Positions 39,317 through 43,128 of a stretch of 43,128 bases of DNA are shown one piece after another. The notes beneath the pieces are model-generated. The model saw nothing but the letters and a program-made list of their open reading frames with translations. It had not been told where the DNA came from and did not search any database. The DNA is from Bacteroidales bacterium (GTDB taxonomy: Bacteria; Bacteroidota; Bacteroidia; Bacteroidales; UBA10428), in contig DAOUOU010000001.1 in NCBI GenBank assembly GCA_030626465.1, forward strand, positions 1 through 43,128. Direction: 5' to 3'. A program made the translations under genes and the position numbers. The first letter of the stretch is position 1. Each line of letters starts with the position of its first letter.

Positions 39317-40468
39317 ATGTATTTTTCTCAGGTAATTGGACAGGAGGATGTTAAGAAAAAACTGGTTTCTTCTGTAAAAGCTGGTCGCATACCTCATGCA
39401 CAACTGTTTTCTGGTCCCGATGGTTCCGGATCGCTTGCACTGGCTATTGCTTATGCACAATATATTGCTTGTAATGATCGAACAGACAATGATGCGTGTG
39501 GTCATTGCACAAACTGTTTAAAAATTGCCAAGCTTACTCATCCCGATTTACATTTCGCATTTCCTGTAAATACTACCCGGAAAGTAACCAAAGATCCCGT
39601 GAGTGATAATTTTATCAATGAGTGGAGAGAATTTGTGATCTCAAATCCTTATTTCCGTTCGATCCAGTGGTATGATTGGATAGGTATTGAGAACAAACAG
39701 GGGTTGTTGAACAGAAAGGAGAGTGAAGAGATAATAAGAAAACTGAGTTTCAAGTCGTTCGAATCAGATTATAAATTTTTAATCATCTGGTTACCCGAGA
39801 AAATGAATGCTTCCTCGGCCAATATTCTGCTTAAACTTATAGAAGAGCCACCCGAAAAAACTATTTTCCTGCTTGTCAGTGAACACCCCGAACAAATAGT
39901 AAGTACTATTTTATCAAGGACACAAGCGGTAAAACTTTCCCGGATTGACGATAAAGTATTATTCCAGGCTCTTGCTGATAAATATGACCTTACGAACGAA
40001 GAAATATCAAATACCGTCAGACTTGCAAAAGGCAGTTATATCCAGGCTCTTGAAATGATTCTGTCTTTCGAGGAAAACCAAATAAATTTTGAACGATTTG
40101 TTCAAATCATGCGATTGTGTTACTCACGCAGTTTTCTTGAAATCAATGCCTGGGTAGAAGAGATGTCGGTTATGGGCAGAGAAAAGCTAAAAAATTTCTT
40201 TATATACGCTTTGAGATTGGTCAGGGAAAATTTCATACTTAATCTGCAGAGTAAAGAATTAGTGTATTTAACGAAAAAGGAAGAGGAATTTTCTAAAAAA
40301 TTTCATCCATTCATTAATGGAAACAATGTAGTACACATTTATAAAGAATTAAACAAAGCATCAGAAGACATTGAACGAAATGCTTATGCTAAAATTGTAT
40401 TGTTTGACATGGTGTTGCATTTAATGAAGCTAATACCTAACAAAAAGCATTTAGAAAATCAGCAATAA
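39317..40468 (+). CDS. holB: DNA polymerase III subunit delta'
   Basis: Clamp-loader AAA+ pattern: RIPHAQLFSGPDGSGSLALAIAYAQYIAC, the zinc module CGHCTNCLK, LLKLIEEPP, and the sensor region ILSRTQ. Confidence 0.85.
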   Translation: MYFSQVIGQEDVKKKLVSSVKAGRIPHAQLFSGPDGSGSLALAIAYAQYIACNDRTDNDACGHCTNCLKIAKLTHPDLHFAFPVNTTRKVTKDPVSDNFINEWREFVISNPYFRSIQWYDWIGIENKQGLLNRKESEEIIRKLSFKSFESDYKFLIIWLPEKMNASSANILLKLIEEPPEKTIFLLVSEHPEQIVSTILSRTQAVKLSRIDDKVLFQALADKYDLTNEEISNTVRLAKGSYIQALEMILSFEENQINFERFVQIMRLCYSRSFLEINAWVEEMSVMGREKLKNFFIYALRLVRENFILNLQSKELVYLTKKEEEFSKKFHPFINGNNVVHIYKELNKASEDIERNAYAKIVLFDMVLHLMKLIPNKKHLENQQ

Positions 40469-40512
40469 CGAAATTACGCCATTTGTGCTGCTTTAAATCT
40501 CATTGTTTTTTT

Positions 40513-40520
40513 TAGTTTTG
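40513..40520 (+). promoter_or_regulatory. -7 promoter motif TAGTTTTG
   Basis: Exact TAnnTTTG, 32 nt upstream of the ATG at 40552. Confidence 0.45.
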
Positions 40521-40551
40521 TCTTATCAACCGGAATAATGAAGCAGAAATT

Positions 40552-41709
40552 ATGAGTAGTGAGAAAATTCAGGACAAACAGGATGGTTTCGAGAGTAGCA
40601 AAACAGACTCATACTATTGTAATAGTGATTGCAAAAGATCGTGTGGTAAGCTTACTGTACACGATTGGTTGAAAGACATATCTGACGTCAATGAGTTTTC
40701 TGATGTAATAGAAGTCAGATTTAAAAATACAAGAAAAGCATATTACCAGAACTCGAATAACCTGCGCTTGGAGGAAGGAGATATTGTAGCAGTTGAAGCC
40801 TCTCCCGGGCATGATATTGGTGTTGTGTCTCTTGCAGGACAATTGGTTTTGTATAAGCTGATGAATGGAGGAATTGATCACAGGGAGCATGAATTTAAAA
40901 AGGTTTACCGAAAAGCAAAACCTGCAGATATCGATAAATGGAATGAAGCTATAGTACTTGAAGATTCCACTATGATCAAAGCCAGACAAATAGCTGCTGA
41001 TCTGAAACTCGATATGAAAATTGGGGATGTTGAGTACCAGGGTGATAAAACAAAAGCAATTTTTTATTACATAGCTGATGAGAGGGTTGATTTTCGTGAA
41101 TTGATAAAAGTGCTGGCAGATGAATTCAAGGTAAGGATTGAAATGCGTCAGATAGGTGCACGTCAGGAAGCAGGCCGAATTGGAGGGATCGGTGCTTGCG
41201 GACGCGAATTGTGTTGTTCTTCATGGATTACAAATTTTGTTTCAGTGACCACCAATGCAGCTCGCTATCAGGAGGTGTCATTGAATCCGCAAAAATTAGC
41301 AGGGCAATGCAGCAAATTAAAATGTTGTCTGAATTACGAACTGGGTGTATACCTCGATGCACAGGAAGATTTTCCTGATATTTCAATTCAGCTCGAGACA
41401 AAGATGGGAAAAGCAATTCACCAGAAAACAGATGTTTTCAAACGTTTGATGTGGTACAGTACAGAATCAGAGAAAAGACAAAGTATCAGCTGTCTGACAG
41501 TTGATCAGGTGAAAGAAATCATAGGGATGAATGAACGTGGCGAAATTCCCGAACAACTGCAGGGAACGGAAGAATCATCAATGGTTTCTGTTATTGAATA
41601 TCAAAATTCGGCGGGCATTGAAAGTCTGACACGTTTTGAAGATGCTCCAAAAAAGGCAAACCAGAATAGCAACAATAGATATAAACAGAACCCGAAAAAT
41701 AAAAGATAA
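40552..41709 (+). CDS. PSP1-domain protein (YaaT/RicT-like)
   Basis: PSP1 core with Cys motifs GACGRELCCSSW and QCSKLKCCLNYE; located directly after holB, as yaaT is in Bacillus. Confidence 0.85.
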   Translation: MSSEKIQDKQDGFESSKTDSYYCNSDCKRSCGKLTVHDWLKDISDVNEFSDVIEVRFKNTRKAYYQNSNNLRLEEGDIVAVEASPGHDIGVVSLAGQLVLYKLMNGGIDHREHEFKKVYRKAKPADIDKWNEAIVLEDSTMIKARQIAADLKLDMKIGDVEYQGDKTKAIFYYIADERVDFRELIKVLADEFKVRIEMRQIGARQEAGRIGGIGACGRELCCSSWITNFVSVTTNAARYQEVSLNPQKLAGQCSKLKCCLNYELGVYLDAQEDFPDISIQLETKMGKAIHQKTDVFKRLMWYSTESEKRQSISCLTVDQVKEIIGMNERGEIPEQLQGTEESSMVSVIEYQNSAGIESLTRFEDAPKKANQNSNNRYKQNPKNKR

Positions 41710-41710
41710 A

Positions 41711-42181
41711 ATGTATAGTCATCTCTTAAGGCCGTACGCGATTGTACTGTTGTTATTGCTTTGTAACTGCCATGTCAATGAACTATACGATCAAGTATAT
41801 ACGTTTACTCATGATAGATGGGAGGATGATCAGATCATCGATTTTGAATTTCCTGTTTCCGACACTGCCAAAGCTTATGATCTGTTTCTTCAAATAAGAA
41901 ATTCAGGATCCTATTCCTTCAGTAATGTGTGGTTGTTTGTCGAAACATATGCACCAAACGGAAGCTCATTAAGAGATACGGTTGAAATCATCCTTACTGA
42001 TAATGCAGGGTGCTGGTTAGGAAAGGGAATCGGAAATGTGAATGAAATGCAGGTTTCCTTCAAACAAAATGTCTACTTTTTGCACAGAGGTATATATAAA
42101 GTAACAATTCAGCATGCTATGCGTGACTCTACACTACTGGGCATACTTGATATAGGATTACGATTACAATATCATAAATAA
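41711..42181 (+). CDS. gldH: Gliding motility lipoprotein GldH
   Basis: The start is moved to the ATG at 41711 (MYSHLLRPYAIVLLLLLCNC, lipobox Cys). Family-like pattern: IRNSGSYSFSNVWLFVE..PNG, GCWLGKGIGNV, HAMRD, DIGLRLQ. It starts 1 nt after the PSP1 stop. Confidence 0.78.
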   Translation: MYSHLLRPYAIVLLLLLCNCHVNELYDQVYTFTHDRWEDDQIIDFEFPVSDTAKAYDLFLQIRNSGSYSFSNVWLFVETYAPNGSSLRDTVEIILTDNAGCWLGKGIGNVNEMQVSFKQNVYFLHRGIYKVTIQHAMRDSTLLGILDIGLRLQYHK

Positions 42182-42191
42182 TTTTCCTCCC

Positions 42192-42893
42192 GTGTCGAAA
42201 GGGAAACTTGAAAAATTTTCCGAAATGCATACTTTTCCGAACGTAATTCAACCTTCGTTCAGAGAAGTATTCCAAAAAGATTTCAGATTGAAAGATAAAT
42301 GGAATAGGGTTTTCTTTAACAAAGATTATCCTATAACTCTTGAATTGGGTTGCGGTAAAGGAGAATATTCGGTTGAGCTTGCACGTATGTTTCCCGATAG
42401 AAATTTTCTTGGTATTGATATTAAAGGTGCAAGATTATGGAAAGGAGCCAAGGCAGCTTTGCAAGATAATATTCAAAATGTAGGATTTATTCGTACAAGG
42501 ATTGATTTTATAGATTCGTTTTTTGCTGAAAATGAAGTGAATGAAATATGGTTGACCTTTCCTGATCCTCAGTTGAAAAAACCCAGGAAACGACTTACTT
42601 CAAGCCGGTTCCTGAATATGTATAAAAAATTTCTTAAAACTGATGGTTGCATACATTTAAAAACTGATGATCCTGAATTGTATGCCTATACGCTCTCAGT
42701 TGCAAGACAAAATAACCTTAAAGTAGAATTTGCAACTGATAATCTTTATGCACTAAATTTTTCAGATCAGGTCTTATCGATCAAAACCTACTATGAAAAA
42801 ATATGGATTGAAACAGGATTTAACATACATTATATGCGTTTTAAACTTTCAGGTAATCATGTCATCGAAGAACCAGCAGAGTCAGGAGCATAA
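42192..42893 (+). CDS. trmB: tRNA (guanine46-N7)-methyltransferase
   Basis: SAM-binding LELGCGKGEY; FPDPQLKKPRKRL (the FPDPW/HxKxRH region); GTG start at 42192. Confidence 0.92.
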   Translation: MSKGKLEKFSEMHTFPNVIQPSFREVFQKDFRLKDKWNRVFFNKDYPITLELGCGKGEYSVELARMFPDRNFLGIDIKGARLWKGAKAALQDNIQNVGFIRTRIDFIDSFFAENEVNEIWLTFPDPQLKKPRKRLTSSRFLNMYKKFLKTDGCIHLKTDDPELYAYTLSVARQNNLKVEFATDNLYALNFSDQVLSIKTYYEKIWIETGFNIHYMRFKLSGNHVIEEPAESGA

Positions 42894-43128
42894 AGACAAT
42901 TTCTTTGAGCTTGTATACCGGGTTACCAGGACAATTCCAGATGGAAGAGTCACTACCTATGGAGCTATTGCACGCTGTATAGGTTCACCAGGAGCATCAC
43001 GGATGGTAGGCTGGGCCCTGAATCACTGTCATACAAACAAAGAATTTATTCCTGCACACAGGGTAGTAAATCGAAACGGAGTATTAACGGGTAAACATCA
43101 CTTCCGTCACCCGGAACTTATGCAAGAA
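42859..43128 (+). CDS. MGMT-family / alkyltransferase-like (ATL) protein; 3' end cut by the window edge
   Basis: My own translation from the ATG at 42859: MSSKNQQSQEHKDNFFELVYRVTRTIPDGRVTTYGAIARCIGSPGASRMVGWALNHCHTNKEFIPAHRVVNRNGVLTGKHHF... This is the DNA-binding domain of O6-alkylguanine transferases, with PAHRV in place of PCHRV. It overlaps trmB by 35 nt. Confidence 0.8.
   Translation, partial: MSSKNQQSQEHKDNFFELVYRVTRTIPDGRVTTYGAIARCIGSPGASRMVGWALNHCHTNKEFIPAHRVVNRNGVLTGKHHFRHPELMQE

Noticed and set aside
40609-40989. 126-aa antisense ORF inside the PSP1 gene
   Set aside because: No motifs and no promoter or RBS context. It lies opposite a well-supported CDS.
1-43128. tRNA, rRNA, tmRNA, RNase P RNA, transposases, integrases, phage genes, toxin-antitoxin or known defence genes
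   Set aside because: All intergenic regions longer than 60 nt were read. None shows tRNA-like cloverleaf ends or the RNase P GAGGAAAGUCC-type core. No ORF product resembles a mobile-element or defence protein. The window appears to be core chromosome.

Overview
This is an AT-rich chromosomal segment from a Bacteroidota genome. The assignment rests on gld/T9SS genes, DUF4270/DUF4834-type proteins, a 270-aa 'glycogen synthase' and TAnnTTTG promoter motifs. About 42 tightly packed genes are almost all housekeeping or envelope functions. They include the T9SS/gliding core operon porP-gldK-gldL-gldM-gldN, with gldH 30 kb away. The rest are topA, PBP1A, radA, panCD, glmS, a small nucleotide-sugar cluster (rfbB, galE, LbH acetyltransferase, DegT aminotransferase), metG, cysE-cysK, proC, pgk, holB, a PSP1/RicT-like gene, trmB and mlaEF. 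I saw no rRNA, tRNA, CRISPR array, transposase, integrase, phage gene or recognisable defence gene. I cannot point to a clear-cut new multi-gene system. The best leads are: (1) a 326-nt convergent spacer filled by two ~100-nt hairpins built from phased short repeats; (2) a ureohydrolase-fold protein with degenerate metal ligands lying between topA and the T9SS operon; (3) an uncharacterised module of propeller protein, lipoprotein and PorP-like beta-barrel at the left edge; (4) a truncated, motif-less GT5 'glycogen synthase' overlapping a DUF4270 lipoprotein gene. All family calls come from reading the translations by eye, with no searches run.
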